A stretch of DNA of 18,672 bases. It comes from Candidatus Helarchaeota archaeon (GTDB taxonomy: Archaea; Asgardarchaeota; Lokiarchaeia; Helarchaeales; RDOG01). The translations under genes were made by a program, and so were the position numbers. Below, piece by piece: positions 1 through 8,484 of this stretch; the stretch's first letter is position 1; the number at the start of each line of letters is the position of its first letter. Where the stretch lies: contig JALGVI010000062.1 in the NCBI GenBank assembly GCA_029838215.1, forward strand, positions 1-18,672, read 5' to 3'. A model generated the notes under the pieces. The model was given only the letters and a program-made list of their open reading frames with translations. It ran no database searches and had not been told where the DNA came from.

Positions 1-102
1 ATATCTGGGAAGGGGTTTCTTATATAATCCGGGTGGAACGTACCCTGTTTCTTTTATAATCTTTTTTAGCTGATGTCTCTCTTCCTTATTTAATTTTTCC
101 AA
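1..102 (-). CDS. 5' part of a probable CDS running off the window edge (MEKLNKEERHQLKKIIKETGYVPPGLYKKPLPRY...)
   Basis: Not in the ORF track. TTG at 102-100 lies 5 nt after the stop of the ATPase gene and directly after an in-frame TAA. The frame stays open for 34 codons to position 1, and the spacing matches the rest of the operon. Confidence 0.5.
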   Translation of the reverse strand, partial: MEKLNKEERHQLKKIIKETGYVPPGLYKKPLPRY

Positions 103-107
103 TTAAA

Positions 108-1019
108 TCAACACTTGTCTTTTTCTTTTTCACCGATTTTCGGTTCAAATTTCAGGAGCTCCTCAAATTCTTCCCCAATTCGCTCAAGAATTTTTTGAGG
201 GACTGTAATGCCAATTCCCTTTTCAATCTTGTAATTTAGCCACAAATTGATGCTTTTAGCGCCACTTAGTTTCCGAATTCGAAATTGCTTCATGAGAATT
301 CCTTTATTCATGAAGACCGGATCAAACCGAAAATCTATGATCCCGTCAACGAAATATGATAATACGGACTCAAATTTCTCAATGACTCCCACGTGATTTA
401 TTCCAATTATTTGAGTTGAGTTTTCCTTGCAAACGCGGGCGCGTAATGCTTTTAAAAACTCAAACACGTGTTCTTTCTTGTTAATCGTCATTAATTCCGT
501 TAGACTATCAATTATCAAAATACACGTGGGGATCTTGTTCTGTTTAAAGATTTTTTCACGAAAGTTTGAGACAGTAGTTGTGATTTTATTAAGGAGCGTG
601 CGAAGGTCCGTCGGATTCACGGTGACCATGCACGATTTCAATTTAATCCAAAGTTCTTTGTCTTCTTCATACTTGAGTTGCAAATCCCTTTCAATATCAG
701 TCATTCGAAAAGAAAACCCGTCAATGAAGCATAATTCGTGTTTTTTAACGACTTCATTGCAATTAAAACCCATTGCATTAAGTTGCTGAATTTTTGAAAG
801 AACCGAATCTTCTAGGGTAAAATATATGACTTGATCAAGAGGATCTGCCATTTTCAGTCGATTATATATGATTTGTTGGACAAGAACTCGTTTTCCCGTG
901 CCCGGTTCTCCGTTTAAGACGATAAAATTGTTATTTGGAATTCCTTCGGGCAACAATACATCAAGGATCGGTATGTTTGTCATCTTGGAAGAAACTTTAA
1001 AGCAACTCAATTCGATCAC
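108..1019 (-). CDS. KaiC/RAD55/GvpD-like RecA-superfamily ATPase with atypical Walker A
   Basis: N-terminal TNIPILDVLLPEGIP (RAD55-type TGIxxLDxxLxGGIP), Walker A GEPGTGKR, YFTLED, Walker B ILIIDSLT, and C-terminal YFVDGIIDFR / FRIRKLSG. GTG start lies 9 nt after the gatE stop. Confidence 0.85.
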   Translation of the reverse strand: MIELSCFKVSSKMTNIPILDVLLPEGIPNNNFIVLNGEPGTGKRVLVQQIIYNRLKMADPLDQVIYFTLEDSVLSKIQQLNAMGFNCNEVVKKHELCFIDGFSFRMTDIERDLQLKYEEDKELWIKLKSCMVTVNPTDLRTLLNKITTTVSNFREKIFKQNKIPTCILIIDSLTELMTINKKEHVFEFLKALRARVCKENSTQIIGINHVGVIEKFESVLSYFVDGIIDFRFDPVFMNKGILMKQFRIRKLSGAKSINLWLNYKIEKGIGITVPQKILERIGEEFEELLKFEPKIGEKEKDKC

Positions 1020-1028
1020 GTTGATTAC

Positions 1029-2954
1029 TTAGGGTAGATGCTCTTTTATTAATCTTTTTAAAAGCTTGTTAATGGTTTTTCCCGATGCTTTTCCCCTGAG
1101 TTCTTTCATGATTTCTCCCATTAGAGCACCAATGGCTTTTTCTCCTCTCTCCTGAATCAACGTTTTATTTCTATCAAGGATTTTTTTAATTATTTTTTCG
1201 ATCTCTGCGACATCCATTTGAAGTAATTTTTTCTGCTTGGCAATGTCTAATGCTGATTTCTTGGGATTCTTTATCATTCCGAGTAGAATCTTCGGTATGG
1301 CATCTTTATCGATGGTATCATCTTCAATTAGTTTGAAAATGTCCATGTAGAATTCATCTCGGATCTTATCTAATTCGACTCCGTGTTTTTTCTTGAGTTC
1401 CGAAGGCATGGTGAGTAAAGTATTTGAAATTAGCGTGGGAGAAATCTTTGGAAATTTCCCAACGAGGTCTTCAAATAAAAATAAGTCATGAGATCTCACT
1501 ATTTTGCCGGCCAAGTCGTCATTTAACTTGAGTTCTTTCATGAAACGTTTCTTCTTATCATCAGGAAGTTCCGGGAGGTTATTTTTTATTTTTTTAAGTA
1601 AATCTTTTGAAACTTTTACGGGTGGAATATCTGTTTCAGGATACATTCGGGCCGAGCCGGGCAAAGGACGTAAATAGTTAGTAGTCCCATCGATCTGTGC
1701 CATTCGCGTTTCTTCAGGAACACCAATCAAGCAATATCTTGCACGTTCAATGACTGAATTGAGAGCCTCTTTTATCGTTGATTCTTTTCCTGCCATAATG
1801 AGTATCAAGTCTGCATCGTCAAGCTTGAGTTTCTTCCTAATTGCATTGAATTCTTTTACGAGTCCGTATTTTTCTAATTTTTCATCAGAGTGTATGAATC
1901 CCCTGACACCGTGAGCCTTTGAATAATCTACGAATTCGCGTGCGAGTGTTTTTTCTTCGTATAATATTCTCTTCATCAGTCCCGAGAATTTTGGTAATAC
2001 AATTCCCAATACCTTTCCCTTATTTTTGATGGCTGTCTTGATGATCTTTGAATTAGTGCCTTGGAAAACAGGCGTGAAATCCTCAATTTCCAACGTAAGT
2101 TCCTTTAACCCCTTTTTATTCAATTCGTCTCTGATTTCCAATAATTTGACTTGACGAATGACTTCGTTTTCTACTAATTTTGCTATCATTCGTAAATCTT
2201 GTAATCCCTTGACCTCAACTCTTGCTCCTCCCTTGATCGAAATGTTTACATCTTGGCGGATTGTTCCCAGTCCTCGTTGAGCGTTTCCTGTCATTCGACA
2301 AGTCATTCCGAGAAACTCCGCTACTTCTCGGGCTTGAACCGGATGGTGAATGTCAGGATGCGTTCCAATTTCAATTAATGGGATTCCCAATCGATCAAGC
2401 CTGTATGCCACAATGCCTGTAGAACTCTTGTCGATGATACCTGCTGATTCTTCTTCTAATTCAAGATCCTTCACGCGTACTGGTCCAAAAGAGGTTTTCA
2501 TAGTGGATTCGGGCAGTCCAATCCCTACATTCATCGTGCGCTGAAATCCCGATGTATTGCTCCCGTCGATTACGGTTTTTCGCATGCACTCAATCTCATC
2601 AGGAATGAACATGTTGAGCATTGTTGCTACGGTCAAGGCGATTTCGAGTGCTTCTCTATTGACTGGATGGGGAGGTTCTTCATCCAATTCAACGAGACAG
2701 GTCTTACCTTTATAACAATGATATTCGAATAGTTTGTCTTTATAATATTCATAAAGTGCTGCCGGATCAACATCCCCGAGCTCGCCCGGAACGGAGCGTA
2801 GTTTCCTTTTAATCGTGTAAATCGATTCATCTTCAGGATTGAATTTTGGACTGCAAGCACAAAACAATTTTTCTTTCGAGTTCAGGCGCTGGTGGATTTC
2901 AATACCACAAATTAAACCAATTTCCTCGTAGTTCAGTTCAGTCATTCCATTCAC
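1029..2954 (-). CDS. gatE: Glutamyl-tRNA(Gln) amidotransferase subunit E
   Basis: CGIEIHQRL, TCLVELDEEPPH, RKTVIDGSNTSGFQRT, LDRLGIPLIEIGT, RGLGTIRQDVNISI, RVEVKGLQDL and RPLPGSARMYPETDIP, plus the AspRS-like insertion and a C-terminal helical domain. Start is GTG 2954 or ATG 2945. Confidence 0.97.
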   Translation of the reverse strand: MNGMTELNYEEIGLICGIEIHQRLNSKEKLFCACSPKFNPEDESIYTIKRKLRSVPGELGDVDPAALYEYYKDKLFEYHCYKGKTCLVELDEEPPHPVNREALEIALTVATMLNMFIPDEIECMRKTVIDGSNTSGFQRTMNVGIGLPESTMKTSFGPVRVKDLELEEESAGIIDKSSTGIVAYRLDRLGIPLIEIGTHPDIHHPVQAREVAEFLGMTCRMTGNAQRGLGTIRQDVNISIKGGARVEVKGLQDLRMIAKLVENEVIRQVKLLEIRDELNKKGLKELTLEIEDFTPVFQGTNSKIIKTAIKNKGKVLGIVLPKFSGLMKRILYEEKTLAREFVDYSKAHGVRGFIHSDEKLEKYGLVKEFNAIRKKLKLDDADLILIMAGKESTIKEALNSVIERARYCLIGVPEETRMAQIDGTTNYLRPLPGSARMYPETDIPPVKVSKDLLKKIKNNLPELPDDKKKRFMKELKLNDDLAGKIVRSHDLFLFEDLVGKFPKISPTLISNTLLTMPSELKKKHGVELDKIRDEFYMDIFKLIEDDTIDKDAIPKILLGMIKNPKKSALDIAKQKKLLQMDVAEIEKIIKKILDRNKTLIQERGEKAIGALMGEIMKELRGKASGKTINKLLKRLIKEHLP

Positions 2955-2961
2955 GTCCCCT

Positions 2962-4335
2962 TCAATATAAATAAGATTCTGGCAGAGCCTCCTTCGTTAT
3001 TTCGCCCACCAAGTTCTGTGAAATCATTTTCCTTGCTTCTTCTTGCGAATAATTTCCTAAGAGCCACTTCAATTTAATTAATGCCACTTCTGGGAGCATG
3101 TCTTCTCCAGAAACCACGCCATACTTTTGCAAGTCCCTTCCCTTATCGTAGACATTCATGTTTATGCGACCATATAAGCACTGCGTTGTCATGACAACAA
3201 TTGCAGTCTTGCATAATTCTTTAATGTAATCCAATATTTTCTGATTTTTTTCTGAAAAGTGATCTTTTACTCCTGGAACGTGTCCGAGCCCTGTTCCTTC
3301 CAAAATTAGCCCTTTATATCCATTATCGATGAAAAATTTCAACATTTCAGGATCGAAATCCACGTGAACCTTCACCAAACCGACTTTTTCTTCCATTTTC
3401 GTGCGAATTCGTAGAACCCGAGACGAATCTCTACGTAAATAATTCGTTGATAGAAACTCGATTTCATCATCAAGATAGTTGATCTCGGCAATGGGGAGCG
3501 CATTGATTGGTCGAAAGGCATCGCGTCTTGATGAATGCATTTTTCTCGTCTTGCAGGGTGGATTTATGAACACCAATTCATCATCTGATGTTCCATGCAT
3601 GCAAATTGCAATTCCGGCAAAATCTGTTTTTACAATAAAACGTGCTGCTGAAATTAGGTTCGCACCTGCATCGCTACTACCTCTATCCGAACTCCTTTGT
3701 GCGCCGACAATGAGCACGGGAATTGGTAAATCCTGTAATACAAAACTCAATGCGGCTGCGGTATAATGCAACGTGTCCGTGCCGTGTCCCAGTATGATTC
3801 CATCAACACCTTTTTCAATTTCTTTTTTGATTTCGGTTGCGATGTATTCATAATGTTCCTTCCGGATATCTTCACTCCAGATGTTCATGAGAAGCCGAGC
3901 ATTGACATTTACAATATCTTCAAGCTCTGGAAAAAGTGCCAACAACTCTTCAGGATTGAATGCCGAAACAACACCGCCCGTCCGATAATCCAGCCTGCTT
4001 GCGATTGTACCCCCTGTATGAAGGATTGTTATCGTTTTTAATCTTTTATCATGTTTGACAGGTCTGGTTTCAAAACTTTCTAATTGCCTCGTATCCTTCA
4101 AGTGCTCAATGGTCATTCCCTTCTGATATTTTACTCCAATATTATAACCACTGGAGAGTTTTAACACCAGAGTATCCGGATCGCCGAGTTCCGTTTGAGG
4201 AATGAGGAACCCCTCAAAAGTAGTTGCACCTTTTATCTTGATCTTATCGCCAGGTGAAATCTTGAGTTTTTCAAGCATGTCTTGAATTGTCTTTGAATAA
4301 TTTTTTAGCACGTCATTAAGTCTCCTATTAATCAT
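2962..4335 (-). CDS. gatD: Glutamyl-tRNA(Gln) amidotransferase subunit D (asparaginase-like glutaminase)
   Basis: HTGGTIASRLDYRTGGV, GHGTDT, GAQRSSDRGSSD, KMHSSRRDAF and GTGLGHV, with the GatD-specific N-terminal domain. Adjacent to gatE. Confidence 0.97.
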   Translation of the reverse strand: MINRRLNDVLKNYSKTIQDMLEKLKISPGDKIKIKGATTFEGFLIPQTELGDPDTLVLKLSSGYNIGVKYQKGMTIEHLKDTRQLESFETRPVKHDKRLKTITILHTGGTIASRLDYRTGGVVSAFNPEELLALFPELEDIVNVNARLLMNIWSEDIRKEHYEYIATEIKKEIEKGVDGIILGHGTDTLHYTAAALSFVLQDLPIPVLIVGAQRSSDRGSSDAGANLISAARFIVKTDFAGIAICMHGTSDDELVFINPPCKTRKMHSSRRDAFRPINALPIAEINYLDDEIEFLSTNYLRRDSSRVLRIRTKMEEKVGLVKVHVDFDPEMLKFFIDNGYKGLILEGTGLGHVPGVKDHFSEKNQKILDYIKELCKTAIVVMTTQCLYGRINMNVYDKGRDLQKYGVVSGEDMLPEVALIKLKWLLGNYSQEEARKMISQNLVGEITKEALPESYLY

Positions 4336-4338
4336 TCA

Positions 4339-4584
4339 TTAAAATTCTTCTTCATTTATTGCGAGAACTTGAACTTCAGCCCCGTCCTTCAGAACATCCT
4401 GTAAAATCTTTTTGGGATGTAAGGGTTTCCCATCAAGTAATAATTGAATCGTGTAAAGCTTATTTATCTTGTATTCCTGCCGCACGATTCCTTTAACCTT
4501 TGCTATACTCCATTTTTTTTCCAAAACTAAAACTTTATGCTGCTCATCTTTAGGGGCTTCTCGAAAAATGAAATTTACTTTCAT
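4339..4584 (-). CDS. Ubiquitin-like (beta-grasp) protein resembling UFM1, lacking a C-terminal glycine
   Basis: MKVNF...KVLVL...SIAKVKGIVRQEYKI...IQLLLDGKPLHP..ILQDVLKDGAEVQVL follows the ubiquitin-fold pattern and ends AINEEEF*. Probable start is ATG 4584 or 4596; the track's TTG 4644 lies in the divergent promoter region. The junction with gatD reads TAA-TGA-ATG. Confidence 0.75.
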   Translation of the reverse strand: MKVNFIFREAPKDEQHKVLVLEKKWSIAKVKGIVRQEYKINKLYTIQLLLDGKPLHPKKILQDVLKDGAEVQVLAINEEEF

Positions 4585-4658
4585 GAAATATTCCATTTTG
4601 TTCCTCAACAAGTAATTGGTTTCGATTTTTTGGTCTCGATTCAATTAGACAGATTTTG

Positions 4659-4668
4659 AATTTAAATA
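4659..4668. promoter_or_regulatory. Putative TATA box of the divergent UBL-gatDE / DUF72 promoter
   Basis: TTTAAATA at 4661-4668 sits about 26-33 nt upstream of ATG 4694, consistent with a leaderless archaeal promoter. The core ATTTAAAT is palindromic and could serve both strands. Confidence 0.35.
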
Positions 4669-4693
4669 TGTAATCTTTTAAATGATCATCTTG

Positions 4694-5521
4694 ATGGCAA
4701 AAATTCACTTGGGATGTAGCGGTTGGTCGTATAAGGACTGGATTAAGACTTTCTATCCACCTCGCATTAAAAATAATCAAATGTTGGATTTTTACACGAA
4801 AGTTTTTAAGACTTGCGAGATAAACACGACATTTTATCAAATCCCAAAAAAGAAATTCGTTGCAAATTGGGCTGAGAAGGTTCCTGAAAATTTCGTATTC
4901 GCCGTGAAATTCTATAAACGATTCACTCACGAACTGCTCAAGGACAAGAGCATCTCACAACAAGAGATCGATTTTTATTTTGACCAAATTTCTCCTCTAA
5001 TGCCTCGAATGGGACCTGTTCTCATTCAATTTCCACCAAGTTTGAAGTACGATCTCGAGACATTGACTTACTTGATCTCTTTTTTGCCAACAAAACACCG
5101 CTATGTCATGGAATTTCGACACATTTCTTGGCTCAAGCATCAACAGGCGACCTTGAAAATCCTAGAAAAACACGATATTGCTTATTGCATTGTTGACGAA
5201 CCTCATGACGTTCACGACAACCTGCTACCACCTGACCTTTTCGTCACTACGGACTTCTGTTATATTCGATGGCACGGACTTAATCCAAACCATTGGTATG
5301 ATTACCTGTATTCCGAAGAACAATTGAAAAAATGGGCTCAGAAAATCGAATCCCTTTCGGAAAACGTCTCCGAAATATATGGATATTTTAACAACCACCT
5401 GAATGGACAAGCCCCAACCAATTGTCTCCAATTATTGCAATTATTAGGCAAGAAAGTTACGAATCCAAAAAAAATCTCATTACGTCCAAAAGGTCAAACA
5501 TCACTCGGTCGCTTCTTATAA
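4694..5521 (+). CDS. DUF72 (YecE-like) TIM-barrel protein, copy A
   Basis: IHLGCSGWSY, CEINTTFY, FVFAVK, GPVLIQFPPS, MEFRHISW, YIRWHG and YGYFNNH. Start is ATG 4694 (or 4682). Confidence 0.92.
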   Translation: MAKIHLGCSGWSYKDWIKTFYPPRIKNNQMLDFYTKVFKTCEINTTFYQIPKKKFVANWAEKVPENFVFAVKFYKRFTHELLKDKSISQQEIDFYFDQISPLMPRMGPVLIQFPPSLKYDLETLTYLISFLPTKHRYVMEFRHISWLKHQQATLKILEKHDIAYCIVDEPHDVHDNLLPPDLFVTTDFCYIRWHGLNPNHWYDYLYSEEQLKKWAQKIESLSENVSEIYGYFNNHLNGQAPTNCLQLLQLLGKKVTNPKKISLRPKGQTSLGRFL

Positions 5522-5522
5522 T

Positions 5523-6497
5523 TCAAGCATTTAACTTGTCAACAAGTGTCAAACGTGCTCGTTTTCGAACATAATCAATTCTACCATAATAACTCAAGAA
5601 GAAATACTTATCAATATCCGTGTAATAACTGGTCTCCATGTAACATGGGATAGTGCATCCATTACAAATGGGAAGCCTCCCTACATTTCTATATATCCTC
5701 TTTACTTCCTCATCTTTCAATGTCTTTATCAGATCACCATCAATTAATGGAATCTGCCTTTGGGCGAGATGCATGCAAGGATAATACAAGTCATTATTTG
5801 GAGCCAAGACGATTAATTTCTGTCCAATTGGGCACTTTGGCCGTCTTGGGTTATTTCCACCATCTTTAATGAATTGCAATTGAGGCAAACTGACAATCAC
5901 GTTAGGATGGCGTTTTAATTTAAGAATCTTTTTTATTCCATCATCGCTAAGAGGCTTATTATTGAAATATGCAAACTCGGCATTGAATTCGATTAAAACG
6001 CCCAACTTTTGAGCCAATCTTGCCAGATTTTTTAACTCATCCACGTTTTCCTCGCAAACCGTGTTCTTGATCATTGGAACCTCGCCGAGATTTCGAGCCA
6101 TTTTTATCGCTTTGATCACTTTATCAAAGCATTCTATTCCACGAATCTCATTATGTACTTTCGGATTGGCAGAATCCAGGCTGAAACATAATTGAGTGAC
6201 GTTTCCTTTCAATTCTCTCGCATGTTTAGGATATAAGAGGCCATTACTCGTCAACCACGTCATCATTCCGAGTCTTTTAGCTTCTCGAATGAGTTTCGGT
6301 AATTCTGGATATAACAATGGCTCTCCGCCTGTAAAATCTATGGATAGAAAGCCCAATTTTTTAATTTGCTTGAGAAGAGCAATTCGGCTTGCCAAAGGGG
6401 ATTCCTTGCTCTTGAATTTTGGATCCTTCCAAATCGAACACGTTCTGCAACGCGAATTACAACGAGTCGTCACGTACCAATGGCAATGAACGTGCAT
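5523..6497 (-). CDS. Radical SAM protein with C-terminal SPASM/twitch-like Cys domain
   Basis: TTRCNSRCRTC (CxxxCxxC), FTGGEPLL and TSNG. Extra C-terminal cysteines: CPIG, YPC, CNGCTIPC. Probable start ATG 6497. Confidence 0.9.
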   Translation of the reverse strand: MHVHCHWYVTTRCNSRCRTCSIWKDPKFKSKESPLASRIALLKQIKKLGFLSIDFTGGEPLLYPELPKLIREAKRLGMMTWLTSNGLLYPKHARELKGNVTQLCFSLDSANPKVHNEIRGIECFDKVIKAIKMARNLGEVPMIKNTVCEENVDELKNLARLAQKLGVLIEFNAEFAYFNNKPLSDDGIKKILKLKRHPNVIVSLPQLQFIKDGGNNPRRPKCPIGQKLIVLAPNNDLYYPCMHLAQRQIPLIDGDLIKTLKDEEVKRIYRNVGRLPICNGCTIPCYMETSYYTDIDKYFFLSYYGRIDYVRKRARLTLVDKLNA

Positions 6498-6591
6498 GTT
6501 GAAACCACACAAAAAATTGAAATATCTTTAAATTTCTCATCCAAGAAAACCAAATAGAACTTGTTATTAATAAATTCAGCCGTGATGAATC

Positions 6592-7788
6592 GTGAATAAT
6601 ACGTCAAAGGTGTATTGGGCATCGCCCATTGAGCTTATGTCACTTATAAACTCAAAAAATAACATGATTACAAACATTTTAATAAAGACTCGATTGATAT
6701 TGGAAAAGATACTTGACAATATCAAGCCGGGAGATAAGGTCGCCGTAAAAGTCCACGTAGGTGAAGCATATAATACCCGTTATTTGCGACATGATTACGT
6801 GCATGAAGTAATTGACTTCATAAAATCAAAGGGTGGCGTGCCTACGTTGATTGAAACTCAAGGACTTGGGATGAAGGAACAGCACATAAAAATGTCTGAG
6901 AATCACGTGATTTGCGTTGGAGTCCGAAAAACTGCGGTTGAACACGAAAAAATTGCCGAGTTACACGGTTATGGTGAGTCTATAATTGGAGCTCCTCTGA
7001 AATTCATTGATGGTGAAAAAGGAATTGAAAGCAAGATCATTCCGATAAATGGCATTCATTTAAAAGACGTTGCAGTTGCAGCCGGTTTATTTGATTTTGA
7101 TAAGATGGTGGTAATCTCTCATTTTAAAGGACATGGTAGTGCAGCTTTTGGAGGTGCTTTAAAGCAGTTGGGTATTGGGTGTGTAGCCAAGCGGAATAAG
7201 TTTCGGGCGCATTTTAAGTCTTTCAAGGTCACTAAAAAGTGCACGCCTACGGAGTGCGGGTTAGAATGTATCGAGGCCTGTCCGGTGGGAGCGATAACGA
7301 AAAATAATGGCGAGATAAGCATTGATTACGATTCGTGCGTGGAATGTACTGCTTGTATTGAATATTGCAAGGTCAAAAAAGCGTTTAAATCCGTTTATCT
7401 TCCTTTCAATATCTTCACCGAGCGAATGATTGATAATGCTACGGGTGTAGTTACTGGATTTGGTCCTGAAAACATTCGATATATTAATTTCGCCATTGAT
7501 ATCGTTCTGAATTGTGATTGCATAACAACTCCCGGCCCACCCATCATACCTGATTTAGGTATTTTCGGATCCGCTGACCCTGTTGCTGTTGATAAAGCTT
7601 GTGTTGATGCTGAAACAAATGCGCCAGGCTTGCCTCGAATGACAAAAGAAGGTACTTGGAAGGATCCCTTGCCCGCTGGTGTTGAGAAGTTTGGAGCAAT
7701 GATGTCGATGAGCAAGGCGACTTGGCAATTTGATGCCGCCGTCAAGAACGGAATTGGAAATATCAATTATGACTTGATCCAAATTTAA
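6592..7788 (+). CDS. DUF362 protein with inserted 2x[4Fe-4S] ferredoxin domain
   Basis: GDKVAVKVHVGE, SHFKGHG..FGGALKQLGIGC and DPVAVDKACVD. Ferredoxin motifs are CTPTECGLECIEACP (non-canonical spacing) and CVECTACIEYC. Confidence 0.88.
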   Translation: MNNTSKVYWASPIELMSLINSKNNMITNILIKTRLILEKILDNIKPGDKVAVKVHVGEAYNTRYLRHDYVHEVIDFIKSKGGVPTLIETQGLGMKEQHIKMSENHVICVGVRKTAVEHEKIAELHGYGESIIGAPLKFIDGEKGIESKIIPINGIHLKDVAVAAGLFDFDKMVVISHFKGHGSAAFGGALKQLGIGCVAKRNKFRAHFKSFKVTKKCTPTECGLECIEACPVGAITKNNGEISIDYDSCVECTACIEYCKVKKAFKSVYLPFNIFTERMIDNATGVVTGFGPENIRYINFAIDIVLNCDCITTPGPPIIPDLGIFGSADPVAVDKACVDAETNAPGLPRMTKEGTWKDPLPAGVEKFGAMMSMSKATWQFDAAVKNGIGNINYDLIQI

Positions 7789-7800
7789 TATATCATTAAA

Positions 7801-7860
7801 TTTCCTTTTTTTATGTTAGGATGGATGTAAAACCAAAATAAGAAGAATAAAAAAAAGAAT
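7801..7860. terminator. Bidirectional oligo-T terminator region between convergent DUF362 and histone genes
   Basis: T7 run at 7806-7812 on + follows the DUF362 stop. A8 run at 7849-7856 (T8 on -) follows the histone stop. Confidence 0.5.
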
Positions 7861-7873
7861 TATGTTTAATTGC

Positions 7874-8224
7874 TTACCGACGCTTCTTTTTCTTGCCTTT
7901 TTTTGCGGGTTTGGCTTTTTCTTTTTGTGCTTTCTCTAGGATATTTTGTAACCTTGATGCTGCGGCTTTTGCCTTACGCACGTCGGCAACTTTAATTGTC
8001 TTGCGGACGAGCTCTCCTGCATGATCACCCTTGGATTTTTTTGGCATGGAATCAACGATTTCTTGGATACCAGCCTTTAGCTTTCCTTCTAGATACTCGA
8101 TAATTTTTTCAACCGCGTCTCCAGCAACATTTAATTTGGTTTCATTGCCCTCATATACGCCACGGAATAAAGGCTTAACACGAGTCCAATACAATAATTT
8201 GCCACTTTTTTCTCCTTCACTCAT
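7874..8224 (-). CDS. Archaeal histone-fold protein with extended loops and Lys-rich C-terminal tail
   Basis: Helix1-loop-helix2 pattern (VAGDAVEKIIEYLE..., cf. HMf VSDDA...LE) and RKTIKVADVRKA (cf. RKTIKAEDIELA, with the R-x6-D pair kept). Ends KEKAKPAKKGKKKKRR. Probable start ATG 8224 (116 aa). Confidence 0.8.
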   Translation of the reverse strand: MSEGEKSGKLLYWTRVKPLFRGVYEGNETKLNVAGDAVEKIIEYLEGKLKAGIQEIVDSMPKKSKGDHAGELVRKTIKVADVRKAKAAASRLQNILEKAQKEKAKPAKKGKKKKRR

Positions 8225-8484
8225 GGGAAACACTTCATTATGAGGATATTATTTCGTTCTCAGTTTTATTGAGGTTGGTTGAGGTAAAACTGATTAGATA
8301 ATAATTGTCAGTGGGATGAATATAAATGTTAGGCTGATTTTTCAGCTGGATTTCGACAAAAATTAAAGATCAACAGTACTGATTTTGATGGCTTGTCTTT
8401 CTCAATGTTAATCGAGTTTCATATTTCATGATATTCAATTATTACAATGAAATTGAATTTCTAAAGCATCAATCCAATTTAATA

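Noticed and set aside
31-68. GGGT...ACCC hairpin plus T-tract as a terminator
   Set aside because: Only a 4-bp stem, and it lies inside the probable minus-strand CDS running off the window edge.
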